64,000 bases of DNA from assembly GCA_951406725.2 (NCBI GenBank), contig OX597822.1:114142001-114206000 (forward strand), given 5' to 3'. Under the pieces are notes generated by a model. That model did no database searches. It was not told the DNA's origin and saw only the letters and a list, made by a program, of their open reading frames with translations. Within the stretch, counting starts at the first letter, position 1. Each line of letters begins with the position of its first letter. Position numbers and translations under genes: made by a program. Positions 27,202 to 40,108 of this stretch are shown here, in pieces. Origin of the DNA: Octopus vulgaris. Lineage: Eukaryota.

Positions 27202-28512
27202 GTGAGTTGGGTCGCGTTTGTTCGTACCATCTATTTCTCCATATATCTACGTTGTTAATATTTTCTCCAACTTTGTTTTGTCTATCTCTCTTTCTTGAGT
27301 GTATCTAACTAACACCCATGCACTCTCTCCATAGTTTTCTCTGAGTGTATGTGTGAATGCGTGTTTGTGAAAGTGTAGGTGTGTGGATGAATGAGCTTCT
27401 TTTTTACTTACTTCTTATGCATAGGTAATCATGTTCTTGTTTCTAAACATCCGTTTACCTAATATTCAAATTCTCATTATTCAACTATATTCCATCATTT
27501 TTCTCGTTCTTTACTTCTTTATTCTAGTTTTCTAAGTTTATCTTTTAATCTTCATAAGTTTTTGAGTATGGATGTACAGATACCGAGTATATCAGAAAAA
27601 AGTGTTCAAATTTTAGATACAACTTTGAAACGTTGTGTCTCAGTATCACTTAAAGGTAACAGAACTATCACCTTCTTTTCTAACACAAATGGACCCTATT
27701 TTGAGCAAGACGAAATGTGAGTTCCTCTCCAAGCTCTCATGAATAATCATGAATGAATTGGCGAAGATGAAATTCTATGTTTTAACATAGCTGAGGATTG
27801 GAATGAATTTCAAACATTGGAATAAATTTAAAACGGAAGGTCTTAAAGTTATATTTGAAAGATTGAGTAAGAATTCTGGCCAAACCCCTGGTTTTTAGGC
27901 ATCATGAGTTACTCCTTGTTTGCCAAAGACTTTATCAACCCTTTTCCTGCCTTACCGCAAGATTTCTTGTGGAAAGTCTCATCAATATCTTATTCCCACG
28001 TCCTAAGAATGGAGGTTTCGAGGGCTTTCAGATAGGTGTGGGGCTACTCACAAACGTTTTTACGATCAGTTCATGCCAGATGCTGACGTCCAAAGGGCTC
28101 AAACCAGAGGATGAATGAGGCCAAGTGTCCCTATCCTAAAACATTTTCGCAATATGATCCATGGGAAACATTTGTCTCACTACACTTGTGTGACAAGGAA
28201 CATCCTCTTACCATCAGGGATCATGCAGTTGAAAATTATCACTTAGGTTTTTGCCCCTAAAATGACACTTTTGTCTTTCTCGTGAGCTGAAGCCAGAACT
28301 CAGCCGTCGCGTCAGTTTGTGCGCATATCCTGGGTGAATATCTTCTCACTCGAAGGTTGTGTTTCACTTTGTCGCAGATGAACTTCGCCCTCTCTCTAAT
28401 CATCATCTCCATTTAAATTTCTTAATTATATCTATTTTTTTCGCCATAATATTAAACATTTTGTCACATATCTTTTCTATATGTTTGTTATGAACTCCGT
28501 TTTATGTTACAG

Positions 28513-28584
28513 ATATTTGCATGACAATAATATAACGTATATTCAGCGCGGTACCTTCGAAAACCTTCCGAATTTAAAATATAT
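28513..28584 (+). CDS. LRR gene 72-nt exon (LRR6)
   Basis: ttttatgttacAG / GTGAGT; translates YLHDNNITYIQRGTFENLPNLKYI. Confidence 0.9.
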
Positions 28585-30879
28585 GTGAGTTGGGTTGCTT
28601 TTGTTCGTACCATCTATTTCTCCATATATCTACATTGTTAATATTTTCTACAACTTTGTTTTGTCTATCTCTCTTTCTTGAGTGTATCTAACTAACACCC
28701 ATGCACTCTCTCCATAGTTTTCTCTGAGTGTATGTGTGAATGCGTGTTTGTGAAAGTATAGGTGTGTGGATGAATGAGCTTCATTTTTACTTACTTCTTA
28801 TGCATAGGTAATCATGTTCTTGTTTCTAAACATCCGTTTACCTAATATTCAGATTCTCACTATTCAACTATATTCCATCATTTTTCTCGTTCTTTACTTC
28901 TTTATTCTAGTTTTCTAAGTTTATCTTTTAATCTTCATAAGTTTTTGAGTATGGATGTACAGATACCGAGTATATCAGAAAAAAGTGTTCAAATTTTAGA
29001 TACAACTTTGAAACGTTGTGTCTCAGTATCACTTAAAGGTAACAGAACTATCACCTTCTTTTCTAACACAAATGGACCCTATTTTGAGCAAGACGAAATG
29101 TGAGTTCCTCTCCAAGCTCTCATGAATAATCATGAATGAATTGGCGAAGATGAAATTCTATGTTTTAACATAGCTGAGGATTGGAATGAATTTCAAACAT
29201 TGGAATAAATTTAAAACGGAAGGTCTTAAAGTTATATTTGAAAGATTGAGTAAGAATTCTGGCCAAACCTCTGGCTTTTAGGCATCATGAGTTACTCCTT
29301 GTTTGCCAAAGACTTTATCAACCCTTTTCCTGCCTTACCGCAAGATTTCTTGTGGAAAGTCTCATCAATATCTTATTCCCACGTCCTAAGAATGGAGGTT
29401 TCGAGGGCTTTCAGATAGGTGTGGGGCTACTCACAAACATTTTTACGATCAGTTCATGCCAGATGCTGACGTCCAAAGGGCTCAAACCAGAGGATGAATG
29501 AGGCCAAGTGTCCCTATCCTAAAACATTTTCGCAATATGATCCATGGGAAACATTTGTCTCACTACACTTGTGTGACAAGGAACATCCTCTTACCATCAG
29601 GGATCATGCAGTTGAAAAATATCACTTAGTCAGGTTTTTACACCTCAAATGACACTTTTGGCTTTCTCGTGAGTTGAAGCCAGAACTCAGCCGTCGCGTC
29701 AGTTTGTGCGCATATCTTGGGTGAATATCTTCTGATCTATGTGAAATATCACTCGAAGGTTATGTTTCTCTTTGTCGCCGATGAACTTCGCCCTCTCCAA
29801 TCTTCTAAACTTTTGTCCTGGAGTATCAAGACTCCTCACAAGTTTCATATGCAATTTTGTTTTCACGTCTTCTGTCACCAGATGCCAATAACCTTATGGA
29901 TTGATTTGAATCTCTTCTGATCGATCTCTTCAGCTCCAGATTGAAATGATCCTTCTTGAGGTTATGACCTCTTTATGTAGCTTTCCTCTCCACTATTCCA
30001 TCATTCTTAAACTTATACACAAATGTCTTGATAATTATTGAATGGGCATCGAAGAGGGAATCTAGAGAATGAATTTCGGTACCATTACTGAAGGCCTGAA
30101 TGATCTTAACACTCTCAACCTTGCTCAGTCGGGTGTGGTTGACACAAAACTATTTCATCCTGTTACCTTTCTAGCTAAATATCTTAAATGGTATTTCACC
30201 GATTCTTATAAAAACGGATGTCAGTATGTCCAGTCAGCTTATGTGCAAAACATGTAACAAAAAGCAAAAAGTGTGTTAGTTTAAAAGTTTTCAAGAGTGT
30301 TTGGGCATGGCAGTTTTGCTGTTACATATGTTATATATTTAAGTCTAAGTATATGTGCGAGTGCGCGTGAATGTATCAAATCTTAACCTATTCTCCATCA
30401 TCATCATTAGAAACTTCACTAGCACGAACGTCAACATGAAAATCATCATCATTATCTTCATAATCATCCTCATTAGAATCATTATCACAATCAGCAACAG
30501 CAACATTTTCGTCAACACTACCACATTCTTCCTGTCTTAAGACTCAAAACTATATACGACGACGACGTCTGGCACCACCACTCCTCCTCCACCTCCTCCT
30601 CCCCTTCACCAACACCACCATCAGATTCTCTTGTGAAAAGAAGCTGCGAAAAGCGACACCAAATCAGATGAAAATATAAAAACGAACACTAGTGACTTCT
30701 ACAGATTTCAAAAGTATTTACCTTAGTGCGCTACAGCCTATGGCCAGGAGGATAAGCGAAATACTCAATTAACAATTCGCAAATGCTTTCAATTCCTCAT
30801 TAGAAAATATGCAAATAAGCAAGCTTGATAAGTTCCTACAGAAAAGAAAGAAAACATCTGTTATTTCGATGTGAACTTA

Positions 30880-31260
30880 GTCACGGCTCTAAGGGTTTTC
30901 TAGGAATGCTTTTAAAGATTTGCAAGAAAGCCCTTCCAGAACTACTGCAGATACTTTTCCAGAGCTTCCTTACATTTGGGCAAACATTCCAAAGTGTTAG
31001 AAGAGGTTATATTGATTTAGAAGGAAGTAGAGAAAACTCTAAATATTACAGGTATAATTCTCTGATCTCACATTTTAGGCAAGTTATGAGACTCGTTGTC
31101 AGTAAGTAGTTGATTCCATTTCGAGAACAAAACCTATTCACTAACATACAGAATGGCTTCTGTCCAGGAAGGAGTTGTCTTACTCAGCAGCTACTGCAAT
31201 GTGACTGGGTACTGAAAAACAACAGGTGAACTTTTCAAATATGGACGATATCTGGACATC
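30880..31260 (+). mobile_element. Highly degenerate CR1-like RT fragment
   Basis: LLKICKKALPELLQILFQSFL and QNGFCPGRSCLTQ match the LINE RT at 52-55 kb. Confidence 0.7.
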
Positions 31261-31771
31261 AATATTCCTACATCAGCCATCTTTAACCAGTCTGCAATTA
31301 ACATGTTAATGTTTTTAATTTGTTGTGAAGTGTTTCAATGTGCGTAGATTTGTAATATTAACAGATTTTTCTTGCAGTCAGAACCTTGTGGGGTGACCAA
31401 ATATATATTATATCATAATTGCCAGAATAGAGGCTTCATTATTACGTTAAGAACACCTGTTAATGAAGCAATATGGGCATTAGTTAGTTCTATATGATGC
31501 TTATTTTTGTCATTAAGCGAACGCCACAAAGTTTTGACCATTCTGACCATAGCAGTACTGTGTATTGTATAACTAGAATTTAATTTGAAAGTACATTTTT
31601 AGTATGCTGGCATCCGGAATCAGTAAATGTATCATGTTTAACTAGTGTACTTTACGGTACTTCATGATATTACATAGTATTTTGCACATTTTACCAATTT
31701 TCTAGAATTTAAATACGATTTTAAAGTATTATTTCCCGTGAAGTAGAATTCAAGTGTCTATGGACTGATAC

Positions 31772-33016
31772 TATTAGGTCAAGTATGAAATTTGTAGAAA
31801 GGTATACGGTAAAATTTGACAGCTGCTCGTTTTGCGCCATTATTATATTTTGACAACCCATATTCTCTTTTAAAAAACTGACACATCTAGTTCTTTATTC
31901 TTTGCGCTTTATAAAGTATTTATTAATCGCTTTTTGCTATTTTTGTTTAGGGATGGATAAGTCAGAAATTCGTACAGTTTTGAAATATGAGTTCTCTCTT
32001 GGAAATACAGCCTCACTGACAGCTCGGAATATTAATAGGGAATTTCATTCTAATGTTATTACACAGCAGACAGTATCTAATTGGTTTGCAAAATTTAGTT
32101 CTGGTAATTTTGATCTTACAAATGAGCAATGCGGTCGACCAGAAACAAAGTTGGATAATGTCGAACTGAAAGCAACCGTCGAGTCTGATCCATCTCAAAG
32201 TGCCTGTGAATTATTGTTGTTGTTTTGTGTTAGCAAGCAATATTGACTCACCTAGTTCAAATCGGTAACGTGAAAACGTTGGATAAGTGGGTCCGATATG
32301 AATTCAATGAAAATCAAAAATAACACCGTTTGGAAGCCTACATTATGCGAGTTTCTCGTCGCAAAAATGAATTATTTTTGAATCGAATTGTAACGTGATG
32401 AGAAATCGATCCAATGCCACAACTGTAGAGATTAACCACAATGACTGGACGAAGACGAGCCACCAAAACACGGTACAAAACGCAAAGTTCATCAAAAGAA
32501 GCTGATGGTGTGCGTTTGGTGGTCTGTTCCTGGTGTGATCCTTTATGATATCATTAACCCTGGCTCATCAATCTCGACCGAAGTCAGCTGGAACAAATGA
32601 TGCAGAAACGTACAAAAACAACCTAGATTAGTCAACAGATCACTCCTATTTTACTGCAAGACATCGCCGGATCACACATCGAAAAAATAACTTTGGCGAA
32701 ACTACAGGGTTTCGAGTTGGAAGCTCTCCTTCATCTACCTACTCACCCGATATTGCCCCCACTGACTACCACATCTTTCAGAATTTCACTAACTTTTTGT
32801 TAGGAAAACAATTAATTCCGATGATGCTGTAAAACAAGCCTTCCAGGAATTTATTCTCTCTAGACTGCCAGGCTTTTACAGTTCCGGGGTACACAGGCTA
32901 CCGCTGAAATGGCAAAATTGTATTGAAAATATGGGTGCATACATTGAAGAATAAAACTATTCCTTGTATTTACAAAACATTGGTTTTCGACAATTTTCAT
33001 ACTTGACGACCTAATA
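31772..33016 (+). mobile_element. Degenerate mariner transposon
   Basis: Imperfect TIRs TATTAGGTCAAGTATGAAA / TTTCATACTTGACGACCTAATA; MDKSEIRTVLKYEF N-terminus, YSPDIAPTDYH motif, multiple stops and frameshifts. Confidence 0.85.
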
Positions 33017-33491
33017 TGAAAGAAGATACATGTTTTTCAAAACAGTTTAGAGACAAACATTAATTCCTACATATATTTTGAATATGTTTCTTAAAGTTGT
33101 GAATTGGTGTTAAGATAAGTGTTTTACTTATTCATGATTAATTTTTGCAATTTCGTCATTATATTGCTCCTGGAATATATAATATTTGTACATTCGATGA
33201 GAATGTGATGTAAAACCAAGGTCGTGCACAAAACAATGTCTCGATGTCTTGTTATTCTTATAGCTTATTTTCTTCCATCTTTTGTTAATCGGTTATCACA
33301 GAAACCTTCTCTTCCATCAGGATATCTAAGTGAGATTAATGGAAACTACTCTTGTCCAAACTATAGGCAGAAAAATCATAGAGAAATAAACATCTTTTAT
33401 TTGGTTAGATTAGACAGTATATTAACAGTAGAAAACAGACTTATTAATTGTACGTATTCTAACTTATAGAATACTTATTTCTTTTTTCCAG

Positions 33492-33563
33492 ATATTTGAG
33501 CAACAACCAAATACAAAACTATGATGATGGCGCGTTCTTATTCCTTCCCAGTATTTCTACCAT
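33492..33563 (+). CDS. LRR gene 72-nt exon (LRR7)
   Basis: cttttttccAG / GTATGT; translates YLSNNQIQNYDDGAFLFLPSISTI. Confidence 0.9.
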
Positions 33564-33850
33564 GTATGTACAACAATTCTTTCTTTATTGGAAAACCAAA
33601 AGTCTTTGTAAACACATGAATAGATGCCATCAGACTAAAATCATAAAAACATGTCATCAGACAAAAATCATAAAAAATGATATCATCAAATTCACAGTTG
33701 TTTAATACAGTTGACAATAAATAGCAATGTTTTGGCTTTAATTTTAATGTGGCACCATGAATATTTCTGAGTATTGTGTTTTGTCATTGCAACGTCAGTG
33801 TTCAAACTACATGAAGGTTGGTTTGATATAGTTTCATCCATGTTCGGAAA

Positions 33851-34620
33851 TACGAGGTGTATTCAAAAGGCGTCCAATATTTGGCTACAAAAGTATCCAA
33901 CCTTTGTACATTTCATAAATTTTATTCAATCTTCTTCAAAATACTCCTCTTGGGATTTCACTCACTTGTCCCAAGTTTTGTCATTGTTTCTATCATTTCT
34001 GGAACACCTTCTTGAGAGTGTTATGCAGCTCTGCTGTCCTCTCTCCACTCGGATCGCTTCTCTTTCAGCGTCGTTTTTAGTTTTGGAAAGAGTCAGAAGT
34101 CATGGTGCCATGTGGGGAGAGTTGGGAGCCTATCGAAAAAGGGGTGTGTTGCTTTTGATCATAAAAGCTTGGATTACGAAGTGCATTCAAAATGTATCTG
34201 AATTTATTTTTTCGCTGATATTCTCTGCATGCACAAATCCTCCGTTAAAATATAATACACTGATCCTCTGCTTATTTCAACTTCGTGAATAATTGCCTGG
34301 ATTGTTACATTACGATCTTCGATGACTAATTACCGAAGCTTCTCAATCAGCTCCTCGCTTCGCCTTCTTTATGGCCTGCCTCAGCGTGCTTCACTCGCCT
34401 CTGAGGTTCGGCCATGTTTGAAGTGGTTGTACCACTCTTTGTTCTACGTTTTGCCTATGGCATCATTAATAAGAGCCAGTCGAATCTTCTCGTTGGTGTC
34501 AGTTTGAGTAACACTCAGCCTTCTTCGAAACTAAATGCAATATCTCTGCTCGATGTACCCGTAACACCCGGGGACTGGTGCAGCCTACCGGCGTGGTACA
34601 CTGATGCGTCATACGAGGAA
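33851..34620 (-). mobile_element. Degenerate mariner relic
   Basis: TACGAGGTGTATTCAAAAG terminus; decayed SPxxAPxDF motif on the minus strand near 34090-34130. Confidence 0.5.
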
Positions 34621-34793
34621 AAGAAGCCAGTAAGCAGATTCAAACTGCACAAATGAAATTCTACATGAGCAGTCAGTACTATTGAGCTAAATGATCACTG
34701 CTAGTAAACGGTGTCTTTCACAAGGTTAAATTATAACGTTTGGAATGTGGAAGCATTTTTCATAAACAAACATCAAAGTTTTGAGTGTGTTCG

Positions 34794-35072
<279 letters not shown>

Positions 35073-35138
35073 TAATTTTACTCTGCTATGTATTGAGTAC
35101 CTTATTTACTGTGGTTAACTCCGAATCAACCCGGGACC

Positions 35139-35184
<46 letters not shown>

Positions 35185-35187
<3 letters not shown>

Positions 35188-38100
35188 AAGCTTTATGAAA
35201 ATAAACAGAAGACGAAGGCAGGTGGAAAACAAACGAACAATTGTATTAGTATGGCGCTCAGGAAATATAAATAAAACAAGTCTTTAACGTTTCGAGCCTA
35301 CGCTCTTCAACAGAAAGATACACAGAGAGAGAAAAACACAGAAAGAAGGAGAGAAAAAAATGCGTGCAGTAGCTAACGAATCAACATGGCGATCTGATTT
35401 CGGCCAGAGGTCAAAGATCAAACATGAGACGCGAGAGCGAAATAAGGGGAGATAATAGGGTTGATAAAAGGGTTGAGGGACCAGCTAAAAGTGCGTGGGA
35501 GGGGTCTGGATGTGTGTATGTATAGGGTTGGTGTATGTATTAGTATGTATAAGGGTGTGTGTGTGTGTGTGTGTGTGTGTATGAGAGAGTATTAGTGCGT
35601 AAGATTGGTCTGGACGTGCGTATGTATGGGGTTAGTGTATGTATTAGTATGTATTAGTATGTATTAGTACGTATTGGTATGTATAGGTGTGTGTGTGTGT
35701 GTGTGTGAGAGAGTATAAGTGCGTATGCGGGGTCTGGACGTGTGTATGTATAGGGTTGGTGTAAGTATTAGTATGTACTGGTATGTATTAGTACGTATTA
35801 GTATGTATTAGTTGGTGTGTGTATTAGTATGGCACATCATATGTGATGTGATGTGTAAAGTCATGTGGTGTAGTGAGGAGAAGAGGGGGAGGGGGAGAAG
35901 AGGGGGAGAGAAGGCGAGGGGAAGAAGAGGGGGAGGAGAAGGGGGAAGAGGAGAGGATGGGGAGAAGGAAAGGGAGGAGGGGGATGAAGGAGGAAAGAGG
36001 GAGAGGGGGAGAGAGGGAGTGAGGGAGCAGAGGGAAGGGGAAGAGGGAGGGAGAAAGAGGGAAGAAGGGAAGGGGAGTAGGGGTGAAAGGATGAAGGACT
36101 GAAGAAGTAGGGGTCGGGGGGAGAAAGGATAGGTGAGGAGGGGGAGAGGGGGGTTAGATGAGGAGGGGGGAGAGTTGAGACCAAATGGCGTATAAGAGCG
36201 AAGAGAGAAGATTAATTCCTGTTCACGGTGCAAACGGGAATCCGGATGGCCTCTGTGTAAGGACAAACCGAACACAGATAGGTGTTGCAAGGAGTGACCG
36301 GTGGAGCGGAAATGGCGTGAGACCGGTATGTCGTTCGCAAGGTGGATGTCACGAAGGTGTTCCGCGAACCGGTCAGCCAAGCGGCGTCCCGTTTGTCCGA
36401 TGTACAAGGAATTGCAGAGAGAGCAAGAGATGCAATAGATAATATTGCTGGAGGTGCAGGTGAAGGAGTGGATGATGGGATAGGGTCGATGGTGGGTGCT
36501 AGTGAGGCGGGTGGTGTTGGAGAGGTAAGGGCAAGTGCGGCAACGTGGGCGGGAGCAGGGGAACGAGCCGGGTTGAGAGGTAGGGTCAGGGAAGGAGCTA
36601 TGGACCAAAAGGTCTCGAAGGTTGTGGGCTCGTTTGAAAGAGGGGAGGGGTCGGTTAGGGAAGAGGTGTGAAGTGGACGGGTCGGACTGGAGATGACGGA
36701 AAGCTCGAAGAATGGTGCGTTGGAGACGTAGGGTCGTGGGGTGGTAAGTGAGGGGAAAAGGGAGGCGGGAGACTACAGGGCGGGTTCGGGGAGAGAGAGC
36801 AGATACACGGTCCACGGACCGTGCTCTGGCAAGGGTGGTGTGGATAGTGGTGAGGGGGTATCCACGTAGGGTGAAGTGGTGAGCCATACGTTGAGACTGA
36901 GTCTCAAAGTCATGGTCGTCACTACAGAGCCTACGTAGACGGAGGAATTGGGAATAGGGGATGGAAAGCTTGGTGTGTTCTGGGTGGGAGGAAGAGAAGT
37001 TGAGGTATGAGTGTGAGTCTGTGTGTTTGTAGTGAATGGAGGTGGTAAGAGTGGAGTGAAGAATGCTAACCGAAATGTCGAGGAAGGAGACAGAGGTGTT
37101 GGAGATAGTGGAAGTGAAGTGGAGGGCTGGATGGAAAGATTGGACGAAGGAGAGGAAGAAATCTAGATGTTCGCGGGAGAGTGAGGTGGCACCGATAATG
37201 TCGTCAATATAACGACCATATAGTTCAGGAGTGGGACCAGTGAAATTAGAGAATATTTGGGCCTCAACATAGCCAACGAACAGGTTCGCATAGTTGGGGC
37301 CCATTCGCGTTCCCATGGCCACTCCCGAGACCTGATGGTAGAACTCGCCCGCGAACGAGAAGCAGTTCAGAGTAAGGACAAGTTCGGCCAGACGAATGAG
37401 TGTGGAGGTGTCAGGTACAGGGTTAGAGCGGAGGTCAAGAAAGTGTCGAAGGGCCTGCAGTCCTTCGTGGTGAGGGATAACAGTATAGAGGCTTTGGATG
37501 TCCATAGTAAAAAGGATTTTGGAGGAGCCGGGAGGAAAGGAGAAAGAGTTGAAAAGCCGGAGAGCATGGTTGGTATCGTGGATGTGGGAGGGAAGAGATG
37601 CCACTAGGGGGCAAGGACACGGTCGAGGTATTTAGAGATGAGCTCCGTGGGGCAGTTACAGGCGGAGACGATGGGGCGGCCAGGGTTGTTGGGTTTGTGG
37701 ATTTTGGGGAGGAAGTAAATGGTGGGGGTACGTGGGGTTCGCACAATTAGGTTGGATGCGGTGCGGGGGAGACGGGAGGACGAGATGAGGTCTTGGACAG
37801 TAGAGGATACCGTCTGTTGATAGCTACGTGTGGGGTTAGAGGGCAGAGGGGAATAGAAGGAGGTGTCATTGAGTTGGCGGAAAGCCTCGGCCCTATAGAG
37901 GTCCGCGCGCCACACCACTACAGCTCCACCCTTGTCAGCCGGTTTGATGATAATGTCAGCGCGCCGTTGGAGGGAACGAAGAGCCAAGAGCTCAGCCGGG
38001 GAGATGTTGAGGCGGCGTTGGCGCCTGGAGAAGTTGAACCGCTCCAATGCACGCTGACAAGCGCCCGCGAAAAGATCCACTGCTAGGATCTGGCCAGGGG

Positions 38101-39963
38101 CAGGCGTCCACGGGGATGGTCGGCGGCCCAGGCCAGTGAAGCAGTCGTCCTCTTCGTTGGGTGTGGGTGGCGAGTCGTGGTAATGCGCACCCAACCGGAC
38201 ACGGCGCACAAAGCTGTGGACATCAACTCGCGTCTGGAATTCCTTACAGGATGGAGTGAGGGGGATGAAACGCAGACCCCTACCAAGGACGGAGCGTTCA
38301 GCCGCAGAGAGGGGAAGATCGGGGGGAATGGTAACAACAGACGGAAGTGGAGAAGGGGTGGGTGGAATAGAAGTAGGAGGGGTGGTAGGTCTCGTGGAGG
38401 TCTGAGGGGGAGGGATTGGGGAGGTGTGTGGGGGTGGTTGGGCGGGGCAGTAGGGTTAGGTGTAGGTGGATGGAGCCTAACGGGAGGGGAGAAGGGGTTG
38501 TAGGGAGGGGCAGTGGGGTTAGGTGTGGGTGGATGGAGCCTATCGGGAGGGGAGAAGGGTGGTGGAGGAGTTGGGGTAGTGGCGTCGGGTAGGGTGGAAT
38601 GGAAGAGTGATTGGAGTTTACGAAGTTTGGTATCAGAAAGAAATTGATGGAAGAGTTGATTCAAATGGATAATGAAGCGTAGCGTGTTTGGAGCATAGAG
38701 AGGCGGCAGAGAGGAGAAGAAGGTGGAGAAAGCAGGAGGAAGAAGGCGGTTGATGGCATGTAGTTTGGAGAGATTGGAGCGAATGGTGGCCCGCATAAGG
38801 CGGTAAGATGTGGTGCGGAGTATGGGTAAGATGGAAGAATCCGAGTGGAGAGCAGGGTGGAAGTGGAGGCGGAAACCTTTAGGGATGAGTCGGTGATGTA
38901 GGCAGCGGCTTAGGAAAGAGACATGGCTAGAGAAGCGGGTTTTTTAAAAAGAAGTAGAGAGAGATTAACGGACGGCTGAAGGCAATATACAGGAAGCGAA
39001 CGTAGATGATCCTTCAAACGGTGTTGGAGGGTGAGGAGGTAGGACCTAGGATCCGGCATGATGGGATAGCGGAAAAAAAACGTTCGAAAAAACAAAAAAA
39101 ACAAAAAAACAAAAATTATCGTATGAAAAAAATAGAAAAAAAGGGATAGCGAAAAAAGGGGAAAAACCAAACGTTCAAAAAAACAAAAAAATAATAATCG
39201 TATGAAAAAACTAGATAAATAAGCGATAGGGGCAGAAAAGACGGGGCAAACGGAAAAGGGAAAGAAAGAAGGGAAGCAGAGAGAGGGGGAGGCAAAAAAG
39301 GGGGGTGCAGGCAGAGGAAACGGAGTATGGACATCCAGAGAGGGAAGAAAGACGGAAAGGAGAACAAAAATTCAGGAAAATGTGGGAAGCATGAAATGAA
39401 TGTAAAAAAAGTGGTAATATAAGAGAAAATAAAAATACAACAAACGGGACAGTTTATGCGAACAAGTTCAAGGTTGAAAGTTCAAGGTGAGAAATGTGTA
39501 GACGTCGTGGTATATTTTTTAAGGATTTCACAAGGGTGTGTGTGTGTGTGTGTGTGTGTATGAGAGAGTATTAGTGCGTAAGATTGGTCTGGACGTGCGT
39601 ATGTATGGGGTTAGTGTATGTATTAGTATGTATTAGTATGTATTAGTACGTATTGGTATGTATAGGTGTGTGTGTGTGTGTGTGTGAGAGAGTATAAGTG
39701 CGTATGCGGGGTCTGGACGTGTGTATGTATAGGGTTGGTGTAAGTATTAGTATGTACTGGTATGTATTAGTACGTATTAGTATGTATTAGTTGGTGTGTG
39801 TATTAGTATGGCACATCATATGTGATGTGATGTGTAAAGTCATGTGGTGTAGTGAGGAGAAGAGGGGGAGGGGGAGAAGAGGGGGAGAGAAGGCGAGGGG
39901 AAGAAGAGGGGAGGGGAAGAAGAGGGGGAGGAGAAGGGGGAAGAGGAGAGGATGGGGAGAAGC
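35185..39963 (-). mobile_element. Near full-length Penelope-like retroelement (RT + GIY-YIG) with pseudo-LTR direct repeats
   Basis: Motifs LIPKGF, IIKPADKGGAVVV, PKIHK..PGRPIVS, DIQSLYT, GVAMG, RYIDD, NIIYCISC...YIGQTGR; ATG near 39059 with a few frameshifts; direct repeat ~35551-35965 / ~39532-39962; both ends in (TA)n. Confidence 0.92.
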
Positions 39964-39996
<33 letters not shown>

Positions 39997-40023
39997 CATG
40001 CATAGATATATATGTATACATAT

Positions 40024-40108
<85 letters not shown>

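Larger units (their letters stand above)
27030..29790 (+). repeat. Tandem duplication, ~1383-bp unit, each containing one LRR exon
   Basis: Exon starts are 1383 nt apart; the intron sequence after each exon is nearly identical for over 1.1 kb. Confidence 0.92.

Noticed and set aside
35812-38503. Plus-strand Gly/Arg/Glu-rich ORFs
   Set aside because: Antisense shadows of the C-rich Penelope coding strand
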